A DNA stretch of 64,000 nt from Octopus sinensis (Eukaryota). A program made the position numbers and the translations under genes. The stretch is from contig NC_042998.1 in NCBI RefSeq assembly GCF_006345805.1, positions 120,838,001 through 120,902,000 on the forward strand, written 5' to 3'. This document shows, in pieces, positions 12,017 to 24,379 of this stretch (the first letter of the stretch is position 1; each line of letters opens with the position of its first letter). The notes below the pieces were generated by a model. The model was not told where the DNA came from and ran no database searches. It saw nothing but the letters and a program-made list of their open reading frames with translations.

Positions 12017-12764
12017 GTATGTGCGTGTGTATATGTTTGTGTGTCTGTGTTTGTCACCCCAACATTGCTTGACAACCGATGTTAGTGTGTTTACATCCTC
12101 GTAACTCAGTGGTTCGGCAAAAGTTACCAATAGAATAAGTACTAGGCTTACAAAGTATAAGTCCCGGGGTTGATTTGCTCGACTAAAGGTGGTTCTCCAG
12201 CATGGCCACAGTCAAATGACTGAAACAAGTAAAAGAGTAAAGAGAGTATAAGAAGCATCAGAAGCATCAGATGTGATGTGCAAGAGAGAAGACTGTGCTG
12301 GTGTGGTCATATGATGCATATGGATGAGGGCAGCTGTGTGAAGAAATGTTGCACTCTAACGGTGGAGGGAACCTGTGGAAGAGGTAGACCCAGGAAGACA
12401 TGGTACAAGATAGTGAAGCACGATCTCTGAATGTTGGACCTCACAGAGGCAATGACAAGCAACTGAGACCTTTGGTGATATGCCATGCTTGAAAAGACCC
12501 ATCAAGCCAAGTGAGATCGTAGTCATGGCCTGTTAAAAGCACCCTTCAATTGTTGGGTGATATGCCATGCTTGTGAAGACCTGTCAAGCTGAATGAAATC
12601 ATAGTCAAACAAATCAACCCCAGGACTTGTTCTTTGTAAGCCAAGTACTTATTTTATTTGACTATTTTACCAAACTTCTACGCTACAGGGACATAAACAC
12701 ACCAACATTACTTGTCAAGCGATGGTGGGGGGACAAACACAGACACAGACACACACATAGATAC

Positions 12765-12801
<37 letters not shown>

Positions 12802-12820
12802 ATATATATATATATATATA

Positions 12821-15351
12821 GTGAGAATTTACACAAAAACAAAAAATGAAGATGGATGTGTAAACAACAAACATGTATTAATGCTCGGAAAGTGAGAAAG
12901 TCTTTTACATTACAAGCCTATGCTCTTCGACAGAAAGGAACACAGAAATAAACAGGGAGAGAAAATAGCAAAAGGTATAGTGGCTAGCAATCTATCATGG
13001 CGAATGCCGGACAGAGGGGTCACACAGGAGAGCTAGGAAGAAAGAGAGATAATAAAGTAATGGTGATCCCAAAACGAAGGTACGCGTGCGTGTGCATGTG
13101 AGAGCGTGTATGTGCGTGCACATGCGCATGAAAGGGGGCTTGTGTGATGTGGTGTGGTGTAGCATGATGGTGTGTGGTCTGGTGGTGTGGTGGTGTATGG
13201 TGTGGTGGTGTGTAGTATGGTGGTGTGGTGTGGTGGTGTTGGGGTGTGGCGGAGGCGAGAGTAGGGGAAGCAAGGTTGGGTCTAAGGGGTGGGGTATGAT
13301 GGGATGTATAGGGATGGTGGAGTTGGAATGTGTAGGCATGAGGTAACAAGGGGGGAGGTGACGATGAAGGGTGAGGGTGGAAGGGAGAAAGTGGGTAGGA
13401 GTGAAGAGAGGAAGTAGGTGCCAGAGCAAGAGAGGAAAAGTGGGTGAGAGGAAGTAGGTGTGAGAAGAAGAGAGGAAAGAGGAGGAGGGTTAGATACAGA
13501 GGGAAGGAGAGATGAGCCTATGTGGTGCAAAAGAGCAAAGAGAGAAGATTAATCCCAGCTCACGGCGAAGACGGGAGTCTGGATGGCCCCTGTGCAAGGA
13601 CAATCCGAACACAGACAAGCAGCATCCTATCTGACCAATGTATAGAGAAGGGCAGAGAGAGCAGGAGATGCAGTAGATGATGTTGCTAGAAGTGCAGGTG
13701 ACAGAGTCAGTAATATGATAGGGTCGATGATGGGTGCCTGTGAGGAGGGTGGTATTGGAGAGGTTAGGTCAAGTGTGACAGTGTAGGCAGGAGCAGAGGA
13801 ACGAGCCTGGTTGGGAGGTTGGGTTAGGGAAGAAGCTGTGGACCAAGAGGTCTCATAGGTTGTGGGCTCGTTTGAAAGAGGGGAGGGGTCAGTTAAGGAA
13901 GATGTGCGAAGTGGAAGGGTCGGACAGGAGTCACCAGAAGGCTCAGAGAATGGTGTATTAGAGAGGTAGGGTGGTGGGGTGGTAGGTGAGGGGAAGCGCA
14001 AGACGAGTGATGGTGGGGCATGTGCGGTGGAGAGAGCAGATGCATGGTCCATGGAACGTGCTCTGCCAAGGGTAGTGTGGATATTGGTGAGGTAATATCC
14101 ATGTAGGATGAAGTGGTGAGCCATGAGTTGAGACTGAGTCTCAAAGTCATGGTTGTCACTGCAGAGCCTGCATAGACGGAGGAATTGGGAATAGGGGATG
14201 GAGAGCTTGGTGTATTTAGGGTGAGAGGAGAAGTTGAGGTATGAGTGTGAGTCTGTGTGTTTGTAGTGGATAGAGGTGATGAGAGCGGAGAGATGAATGC
14301 TGACCGAAATGTCAAGAAAGGCAACTGAGGTGTCAGAAATAATGCAGGAGAAGTGGGGAGCAGGTTTGCTGGTAAAAATCACCCACAAACGAGAAGCAGT
14401 TAAGTGAGAGGACAAGTTTGGCCAGACGAAGGAGTGTAGATATGTCAGGTTGGGGGTTGGGTCGAAGGTCAAGGAACTGTTGGAATGCACACAGCCCCTC
14501 ATGGTGAGGGATCACCATGTATAGACTCTTGTCAAGAGTAAAGAGAAGTTTAGAGGGGCCAGGAGGGAAGGAGAAAGAGTTGAACAAACGGAGAGCATTG
14601 GTATCATAGATTTGAGAGGGGAGGGAAGCCACTGGGGAGGGGGGCAAGGACATGATCAAGGTATTTGGAGATGAGTTCAATTGGGCAGTTGCAGGCGGAA
14701 CCGATGGGGTGGCCAGGGTTGTTGAGTTTGTGGATTTTGGGGAGGAAGTATTTTGTGGAAGAGTGAGGGGTGCAGATAATGAGTTTAGAGGTGGTGGGGA
14801 GGAGACGGGAGGAGGAGATGAGGTCATGGATAGTGGAGGACACAGTCTGTTGGTAGCTGGGGCTGGAGGGCAGAGGACAGTAGAAGGAGATGTCTTGAAG
14901 TTGGCAGAGAGCTTCCACCTTATAGAGGTCCACGCACCACACCACCACGGCTCTAACCGTGCAGTGTCAGAGACATCAAAGGACTGAAAGTTCAGCTGGG
15001 GAGCTGTTTAGATGTCGGGGACTCTTGGGAAAGTCAAAGTGGTCCACAGCATGCTGGTAGGCACCTGCAAAAAGATCGACTGGGATGGGTGGCTACCCAG
15101 GTCGGTGAAACAGTCCTCCTCATTAGGTGCAGGTGGAGTGTCACGGAAAAGCGCACACAACCTAATGCAGTACACAAACTTGTGGATATTGGCACAAGTC
15201 CAAAATTTGTTGCTGGATAGAGTTAAGGGGGATGAAACGCAGACCCCTACTGAGGATGGAGTGCTCTGCCTCAGAGAGAGGAAGATCTAGAGGAATGGTA
15301 ACAACAGACTAAAGTGAAGAAGGGGTGGACGAGACAGAAGTAGGAGGGGTG

Positions 15352-15352
<1 letters not shown>
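12821..15352 (-). mobile_element. Penelope-like element (RT + GIY-YIG endonuclease), degenerate
   Basis: YFLPKIHKLNNPGHPI (RT); VAFLDISVS...IHYKHTDSHSYLNFSSHPKYTKLSIPYSQFLRLCRLCS (thumb region); TCTSSNIIYCISCSLCPSLYIGQ (GIY-YIG, ~13635-13700); low-complexity 3' region. Confidence 0.9.
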
Positions 15353-15430
<78 letters not shown>

Positions 15431-15432
15431 AT

Positions 15433-15549
15433 ATATGTGACAATTATTCGGCCACCGAATAATTGTCACATATTACATTTACAGATAAATTCCTCTATTT
15501 ACATAATATCAAGGTCTCTTTCATTCTTTTGTTGTCTTACCACTTTTAT

Positions 15550-15550
<1 letters not shown>
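15433..15550 (-). mobile_element. Short repeat, probably a Penelope-type terminus, ending in a perfect hairpin; same family as 32311-32470 (+)
   Basis: Its reverse complement matches 32311-32410 (acaacaaaagaatgaaagagacc...atgtgacaatt); flanked by (TA)n. Penelope assignment is inference. Confidence 0.55.
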
Positions 15551-15601
<51 letters not shown>

Positions 15602-16379
15602 TCACTCACAAGGCTTTGGTCAGCCTGAAGCTATAATAGAAGACACCCAAGGTGCTATGCAGTGGGGCTGAATCTGAACTGTGAGGTTGGGAAGCAAGCT
15701 TCTTATCACACAGCCACGTCTGCGCCTATGTGTGCATGTGTGTGTGTTTGTGTCTCCTTGTCTTGACATCCTGTAATTGAGTAAATGAGCATCACTGTCA
15801 TACAAGCAGTGTCATTTGAATCTTCTATGAAAACATGTCAGGCCAAGAGAAAATATTAGCTTAGATGGTAACACATAAGACTTGGTGATGGGAAGGGCAT
15901 ACAACCATAGAAAATCTGCCATAGCAAGTTCTATCTGATCCATGCAAGCATGGAGAAGTGTATGTGAAGACAATAATGAAAGTGGTGGTGGTGGTGGTGG
16001 TGTGTCGTCGTCGATGTCGTCTTTGATGGTTTTCATGATGATGTCATAGTTAGAAATCTTTTGATCATTGGTCTACTAAGTCAGAGCTAACCTGGGATTA
16101 AACAACAATGTAACATGAAGAAACTGTTCAGTAAAGATTGTGTCTGGAAGTTAAATTTAAGCTATATAGTAAAACTAAGATTTTAGCCATTAAGACATAA
16201 ACCATATCTTCTGTTAGGATATAAATGGAGGAATTCTAAAACAAAATACAGATGTTAGTTTAGATAAGAACACTTCTACAGCATTGACCATATATGGGGG
16301 CTTACACAGTAAGAGTCATATTAATAGGAGTTATTATACTCAGTAGGAAAAAGAAAGGAAAGGCAAATTAGATGGGAAG

Positions 16380-16850
16380 GATATATAGAAAATGAGAAAA
16401 ATAGTGTAGTATATAATATGAGAAGAAAAGGGTGGAACTGCTGTTGAAAGAGGTTAAGAAAACTAAAATAGTTTAGTTAAGGTTAAAGAATGCATGGCAC
16501 CAGGTAATTAAACAGAAAATGTAGCTGCAAAAAAATTGATTTATGGGAGCTGTTTTATGGAGATGGATGAAATTGTGAATGAGGATAAATAATGATTAAG
16601 GTTAAAAATGCCTGTGAATGAAGCTCTGATTTTGTGGTAGCATAGAAACCAGTATTGATAACAAGCTATATCAAGTTCCATATAGACAAAATCACATATT
16701 CTAGAATGTGTAGTAAGAATGTCAAAGAAATTGTAGTAATAGGAAATTAGCTGAGAAAGGATGTCAGAGAAGGCATGATAATGTTACATAAATCATCATC
16801 TGAGAAATATGAAGAAAGAATAAATTAGAAAGTGTAGAGAAATAGAATGA
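16380..16850 (+). mobile_element. Old R4/Dong LINE fragment (zinc-knuckle region)
   Basis: SYIKFHIDK..SRMCS..., then agaaggcatgataatgtt (RRHDNV), homologous to ~1800-2000. Confidence 0.55.
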
Positions 16851-17149
16851 CCATCAATCTTCTCAATATTATTAAATCTAAGCATCTCAAAATCCTTTCA
16901 GATTTCAACCTCATCCTCATTATCATTATTATTTTAATGTACATATTTCCATGCTTGCACAGATCATGGAATTTCTACAGCCTGATGCCCTTCCTTGTTG
17001 CCAACCCTTATCTGTTTCCAAGCAAGGTAATATTTCCCCATGAGCAGACATGTTTCCACAGAATATTGGAAACAAAGGATACTACTTGCACTACAGTGAC
17101 ACTTGTTTGCGACTATCATGCCATGTTAAGGCAAGGAGACAATAGCATG

Positions 17150-17181
<32 letters not shown>

Positions 17182-17225
17182 TGCACACACACACACACAC
17201 ACACACACACCACACACACACACAT

Positions 17226-17268
<43 letters not shown>

Positions 17269-17284
17269 ACATGCACACACACAT

Positions 17285-18690
17285 ATCTGGGTGTAGGAGG
17301 TTAGTCCAGGATTTTTTTGAGAAATTTGTTCAGAGAACTTTTGAATTTTATGGGATCTGTTTCTGTTTTGATGTATTTTGGTATAAATTTAAAGAGAGCT
17401 GGACCAGTTGAGGTAAAGTAGTTGTGACATAATGTTGTCGTGTGTCTAAAGTTCAACTTTTGTAATGGGCCAAGTCTTGAGTGGATTTTAAAATTGATGC
17501 CAACATCATTTTGTGCAATATTGATGGAATATTTTCCGTATTACACAAATGACATAGCACTCACAGTGTTGTTGGAGAGAGTAGAGATTGAGTTTTTTAG
17601 TTGACCCCAGTAGTCAATGTCTGTCATGCCATCTATCTTTCTTGTTATTGACCTATTGTTATTGACTATTGAGTGCTTCCACTTTCATAATGCTTTGCTT
17701 CATGTGGGGAGACCACAGTGGGCAACAGTATTCAAGGTGGGGTCAGACAAAAGTAGAGTAGAGAAGATGATGGTGTGAGCATGTTCTCAGAATCCAGGAG
17801 CACATCTTGCAGGCCAAGTCAACTTTGCTGTTTACATGGGAACTCCAGCTTAGACTGTTATCAATAATTACTCTGAGGTCTCTGGTGTTGGATGACACTA
17901 GGGAGTTGCCCGAAGAAAGGGCATATGGTAGTTTCAGAATATCCTCTTTTCCAAAGTGGATCAAATTAAACTTATCTTCATTTAGAAACATATTGTTATT
18001 TTCCTACCATTTTACAACAGCAAACAGATCTAACTGAAGGCATGTTTGGTCTCCCATACTGTTTATGGCCTTGTGGAGCTTGGAATCATCTGCAAAGATT
18101 TTCAATGTAGGGTCTAATATGTCACTGATGTAGATAATAAAGAGGAATGGGCCCAACACAGTACTTTGTGGGACACCACTACTGACTTCAGCTGAGTTTG
18201 ATCAGATTCCCTCAAGCACAACATGTTGGGTTCTGTTCGTCAGGAAGCACTTTATCCACTACAGCAGCTTTCCACAGACACCAATTTTGGACAGTTTCTT
18301 CAGCAGGATTTTGTGGTCCACTCTGTCAAATGCCTTATTGAAATCAAGGTATATGACATCAGTGTTGGAGCCTTCTCCCAAAGCTTTTAAAATGTCATCA
18401 AAATGGTGCAGAAGCTGCCATCATAGAAACCATGCTGGTTGGGGTTCAGCAGACTGTTGTCTTCGAGGAAGTGGGTTATTCATGATCTCACCACTCTCTC
18501 AAATACTTTAATGATATGAGAGGTGAGTGAAATTGGACAGTAATTCACTGCAAGAGATTTGTTTATCTCTTTGAAAGCTGGAACAACAGACTGGGAAATA
18601 AAATAATCAGGAATATAGCCTGTGTCAGGTGAATTCTTCCAGAGCTCAATTAGTGGGGTGCAATTTGATGTCAACACATCTTCAGGACTG
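17285..18690 (-). mobile_element. CR1-clade LINE RT half, degenerate
   Basis: Minus strand reads [45 protein letters not shown] and terminal FKSSLNKFLKKI. Confidence 0.85.
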
Positions 18691-18699
18691 TGGCCAGGA

Positions 18700-20750
18700 A
18701 CCTATTTGGACCTACTACCGAGTTGTGTCAAAGGCTTTCTCCAAGTCCACAGAAGCTAAGTATAGGGATTTATCTTTAGCTAGGTATTTCTCCTGCAGTT
18801 GTCGAACCAGGAATATGGCATCAGTGGTGCATCTACTCAGCACAAAACCGAACTGCATCTCATCTAAGCAGACTCTCTCCCTAATGAGATGGGCTATGAC
18901 CCTCTCTGTGACCTTCATCACCTGATCCCCCTGTAGTTATTTCTATCTAGAACATCACCTTTACCCTTGTAACAGTTGACTATGGTGCTGCTACACCAGT
19001 CATTGTGTATGACTCCGTCATGAACTACCTGGTTTACAATGCAGGTGACTAGACCATGCTCACACCACCAGATGTTTTAAGCATCTCATCAGTGATTCCT
19101 GATGGGCCGGGTGCTTTTCCTGGCTTCATATCCTTAATTGCATTATCTACTAGGGAGCTGTCTATTCGGATAGCTGGTCCCTCTACTGGGTCAACATTTG
19201 GCAGGCTCTTCTCCTCCCATTCATTCTCTACATTCAGCAGTCTTTCATAATGGCTTTGCCAAGCCTCATTAAAAGCAAGTGCACCATCATCCATGCGGAC
19301 ACATTTCTCTCCTGTGACACCACAATTTTCTCTCACACATTGTCTTGCAATCCATAATACCTCAGTTCTTTGGTCCTCACGTCGCTGGACATTGGCAAAC
19401 CTCTTTTCCACTTTGCTCTTGGCTATGTATACCTACCACCTAGCCTCCCTTCTGGCTACCTGGTACAGCTCCCTGCTACCCCAACCCTTCCAGGCTTTCC
19501 AGGCCTGTTTCTTTGCTCTAATGACTTTGTCTACTGTACTATTCCACCACCAGGTAAGTCTAGGTCTGGAAGGGACTTTGCATCATCTGCAGACTTGGTC
19601 TGTGGCACTCAGCAAGCTATCCCATAGGAATTTACAGCCACCTTCTGTGTCTGATGTCTGTAGCTCCTGCTCCCTCTCCTCAAATTTCTTGATGAGGATG
19701 TCCCTAAATCTCTGACCATGTGAAGGGTTCTATATCTTCCAAATCCTTTTTTTTGATTGGTATCCTTTTGGCTTTGAGCCTAAAGTCACTAATGACTAGC
19801 CTATGCTGGGGAGTACATTCTTCACCCAGGAGGGTCTTTGTTTTTAAGAGCAACTCTGTGTCCCGCTGTCTGGTGAGGATGAAATCAATCTGGCTAACAG
19901 AGTCCCCTGATTGATAAGTTATAAGGTGGCTGTCTGGCTTCTTGAAGTTACGGTTGCAGATTAAAAGGTTACATGCATCACAGAACTCCAGTAGCCTGGC
20001 TTCCCTCATCATTTCGGGTGCCAATACCATGGCCACCATGTACCCCAGTGAAGATACCAGATTCCCACCCAACATGCCCATTAAAGTCTCCAGCCACAAA
20101 GATGAGGTCATTGTCACTCGTCTTTAAGGTAGCCTGTAGAAGGGTATCATAAAAGTGGTCCTTCTGATCATTTGGTAGCCCCACATGTGGGGCATAGGCG
20201 GAGATAATTGTAGCTGTACTGTTCTTCAGGACTAGCCTGAGCTTAAGCACTCTATCACATACCCTAACAACCTCTATGACCTTATCCACTCATTTCTCTG
20301 CAAAGAGTATGCCTATACCCCCTACATCACCCATGTTACCTTGCCAGAAGACTTTATACCTATGTGCCTTGCCTGTGAGGACCTTAGCTGAAGCCCCTCT
20401 CCATCTTACCTCTTGTATGCAGCATACATCAACTCATCTCCTTTCAAGCATCTCTACAATCTCATTAGACCTACCTTTCAGTGTACCAACATTGACAGTG
20501 CCAACTCTGAAAACTGGGAAGGAAATGTGGGGTGAGGTTTAAGGAGAAGGGATGTTATTTAACACCTGAAAAGAAGAGGGTTGTGGTGGTGTTCGTTGAG
20601 GCATGCTTCATCTGTTCTGTCTTCTAACCTGATAACATTCAAACATTCAGGCATGTTAAGACTGTTGCCCCTACTGGCGGTAGGATCCGGTGTTAGCAGT
20701 GTTGTAAGCATAAGCATAATGGTCATCGAATGATGTAGATTCAAGCGGTG
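18700..20750 (-). mobile_element. RTE-clade LINE (AP endonuclease + start of RT)
   Basis: IISAYAPHVGL...VAGDFNGHVG (APE), ITYQSGDSVSQIDFILTR, MQFGFV..CTTDAIFLVRQLQEKY...VDLEKAFD. Confidence 0.92.
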
Positions 20751-21429
20751 TAACAAAAATATAGATATTCCAATGTTAGGTTAATATATATATATATATA
20801 TATATATACATACATGATGGGCTTCTTCCAGTTTCTGTCTACCAAATCCACTCATAAGGCTTTGGTCAATCCAGGATTATAGCAGAAGACATTTGTCCAA
20901 GGCGCCATACAGTGGCATTGAACCCAAGACTACATAGTTAAAAAGCAAGCTTCTCAACCACATAGCTAAATCTATGCCTATGACAATAACTGTAATAAAT
21001 CCATTATCAGTACAACAGTACAATTCTTCCGAGAAATTGGATTAGATTTCAAATTTCTGCAATCTAAAACTAAATTAGCAGCAAAAAATAACACACAAAT
21101 TGAACCTTAAGACGACCATATGCTAAGCAATCACTCAGTCTATAAGGGATAACAGCCAAATATCCCTTAAATTACATACACCCTTTCAGTTTTTTTTAAA
21201 AAAAGGATACATTAGAAAATGAGGACATTATACAGACAATATGTCTGAGAATAAAAGATGAAATGGCTATGGCTGAAATGTCTTTGATAATTGGTCTGAT
21301 TGACAAGGGTTGAAGACTTAAAGCTAAGTAACGACAACAATAAAAGTATTCCCTTATATAGTCAATACTTCCATACTTCTGCATACATGCATGTGTACAT
21401 GCATACATAATACATACATACATACATAC

Positions 21430-21660
21430 AACACATGTGGATCGTTGGTGATTTTTTTCCCTCTGTCTTCCTTTTCTCTTGGACTTTCCACTGTCTCCTG
21501 TTTCTGACAAAGAGCTTTGCTTGAAACATAAAGCCACCTTTCTTTCCTTCTCTGAGTATCTGCTAATACTTTGCATGTACCACATCCTCATGTTGTTGTT
21601 TCTTTCTTGTTGTGTTTGTTCTTCATTTTTAGTGGGGATTTACTACATACATACACACAC
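21430..21660 (+). mobile_element. Probable Penelope-type terminal repeat remnant with decayed hammerhead-like motif (21504-21530)
   Basis: ctgacaa-agagc-ttt-gctt-gaaacata; restoring three CpGs gives CTGACGA-AGAGC-TTT-GCTC-GAAACGTA. Flanked by (ATAC)n. Confidence 0.5.
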
Positions 21661-21763
21661 ATACACACACATATTCCTCCCAATATATCTGCTGGTGGGT
21701 GATGACCTGCTCTTTTATGGTGAATGATGTTGCCTATGGATTTGGTCATTCTAGGTATGAGTC

Positions 21764-21798
<35 letters not shown>

Positions 21799-21807
21799 TG
21801 TGTGTGT

Positions 21808-21866
<59 letters not shown>

Positions 21867-22078
21867 TGTGTGTGTGTGTTTGTGCATTTGTGTTTGTCCC
21901 CCCCACTATCACTTGACAACTGATGTTGGTGTGTTCATGTCCTCGTAACTTAGTGGTTCGGCAAAAGAGACAGATAGAATAAGTACAAGGTTTTCAAAGA
22001 ATAAGTCCTGGGGTCAATTTGTTTGACTAAAGGCGGTGCTCCAGCATGGCCACAGTCAAATGACTGAAACAAATAAAA

Positions 22079-22121
<43 letters not shown>

Positions 22122-22142
22122 TGTATGTATGTATATATATCA

Positions 22143-22497
22143 TGGCACTCTGTCGTTTCCAGTTGATCCGATCAACATAACAGCCTGCTCGTGAAAGTAA
22201 TGTGCAAGTGGCTGAGCATTCCACAAACACGTGTACTCTTAAGGTAGTTCTCGGGGAGATTCAGCATGACACAGAGTATGACAAGGCTGGCCCTTTGAAA
22301 TACAGGTACAACAGAAACAGGAAGAAAGAGTGAGAGAAAGTTGTGGTGAAAGAATACAGTAGAGTGCACCACCAAACCCTGCCAGAGCCTCATGGATGTT
22401 TAGGTGTTTCTGCTCAATAAACACTCACAATGCCCGATCTTGGAATCGAAATCATGATCCTATGATTGCAAGTCTGCTGCCCTAACCACTGAGCTGA
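22143..22497 (-). mobile_element. tRNA-derived SINE family C
   Basis: Aligns end to end with 48215-48571; head cagtggttagggcagc...tttcgattcc on the minus strand. Confidence 0.85.
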
Positions 22498-24379
22498 CTT
22501 TCATAGATACATTCATGCAATATATCTGCTCTGCATATTCTTGGCAATATGATTTTGAATCGTTCAAGAAAAGTTTTGTTGTATTCATGTTTTACAAGAT
22601 GATAATGTGAAAATACTATAGAACCTTATTATACAGACAGACCAACAAGTCGCACATAAGATTAACATCATTTTCCACAAGAAAAGTTACAATAATGTAT
22701 TAATAATAGACACAGCAATATCAAATGACCACAGTTAAGTTCCATTCATTTTGGTATCCAGACTCAATTGTCTGATACTTTATTGTTTTCAAATTTTTCC
22801 TCCTATACACCATCACTGACTGCCAACATCACTGTGTCATTGTTTGTAGTCAAGTTGAACAGAATAGTGGCCAGTACCTAAGTGTATTGTGCCTATGTTT
22901 CTCATATGTTGTTCATATATTTAGTGAAAATATTTTCCAGTGCTAAGAGCATCTAGTCTGAAAGAGATGTGAAAAGGAAGCTGCAGCTCTCACATCACAT
23001 CTGATATTTGGAATAATAAAGAGGTGAAAATTTGAATGTTCTTTTGATATTAAGAAACAAAAGAACAAGTTAATGCAATTCAGTGACAAGTAAATGTGTT
23101 GGTGTGCAACATGTTTTTAAAAGTAAAAATTATAATTTTCAGAAATAAATTCTGTATAACATAAGTGGCTTAGTGTAAATCAACCAGAGCCAATGGCCAC
23201 TGCAAACAGCAAGCAAATACACGAGGATATGAGGAATGCAATGACTTGCAGTTAGGTAATTCATGACCTATATTCATAAACTTAATTTGTCTACTGAAAA
23301 GAAGTCAATAAACATTTAGGGTGCTAAAAAGTACACTTACATATTTGATGACTAAATTACAAATCCTAATTTTGTTTTTATAAGATTGAGTTCTAATACA
23401 CAGGTATATTTAATAATCCAGCACTGTCCAGGTCCCAATTGTGTCAAATTAGTTTAACCATGCTGTATTATTTTGAGAAGCAGACTGGAAACAATTGTAT
23501 ACATATTTGGTTGATAAGGAATAATATGTTGATCAAAAATTGTAATTAGTTGTATAGCTACAATGATAATCACTTCTGTAAAGATAAAAATAAGTTACTT
23601 ATGAGTTCTAATAAACAATATTATTTTCTGTAAATATTGGTAGATCATTCTTATACATCATCTAACCTTAAATATTTGTATATGTTTTTGGAGATATACT
23701 TCATTTTTGATGTGAAAAAAGAAATTTATGATGTATTTCTCAACTTATGAATAATAATCCTTCTTTTTATAGGCACAAGGCCCGAAATTAGGGGGAAGAG
23801 GATAGTTGATTATATTAACCCCAGTGATCAACTGATACTTATTTTATTGACTCTGCTAGCTTGAATAAACTTATCAATAATAATGAATGATAATTATTAC
23901 AAGTAGTATTTATTTTAGAAACACCATATCAATCCAGTTTGAGAACCAGTTACCTTTTATATCTTGGTCAACAGATACTATTCAAGAAGTTAATTATTTT
24001 AAATTAAATAAACTTGTAATAAAGTAAACACACCACAGTGAGAAAACTGAAAATATCCAGTTGTAGTCTGGCCACCTCTTGTCTCCTATAAAAAATTTAT
24101 AATTATACAGGTTTTAATAGCAGATGCAATGAAGAACTCTTTTAAAAAGATCAATGATATCACCTAATTTAGATATGCAATTTCATAATTTTTATTTTTC
24201 TTGCTGGTATATGATTCCTTATAGAAATAGCAACATTCTCATTTCACTCTATGTTTGCAACACCTTGGCTTAAGTGTAGCATTAAATTGAATAATGTGGT
24301 TTATTACAAACTAGCTTAAAAGCTGCACTCCATATGAACTTTTACCATCTCAGATTTATATCACTTTTAGAGAATTTTG

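Larger units (their letters stand above)
10330..12600 (+). mobile_element. RTE-clade LINE 3' end (pieces 10330-10428 and 12255-12600) interrupted by nested SINEs and a solo LTR
   Basis: Left piece NEANMLCWMCNVSVH...LREKL continues in the right piece as RSIRCDVQERRLCWCGHMMHM...GRGRPRKTW. Confidence 0.75.
12605..15725 (-). mobile_element. One SINE family A copy (3' module ~12605-12760, head ~15596-15725) split by insertions in its internal (TA)n linker
   Basis: Both halves are on the minus strand in the correct order, with (TA)n at every junction. Confidence 0.7.

Noticed and set aside
12995-13530. Pro/His-rich minus-strand ORFs
   Set aside because: Low-complexity (GGT/GA-rich) 3' region of the Penelope-like element.
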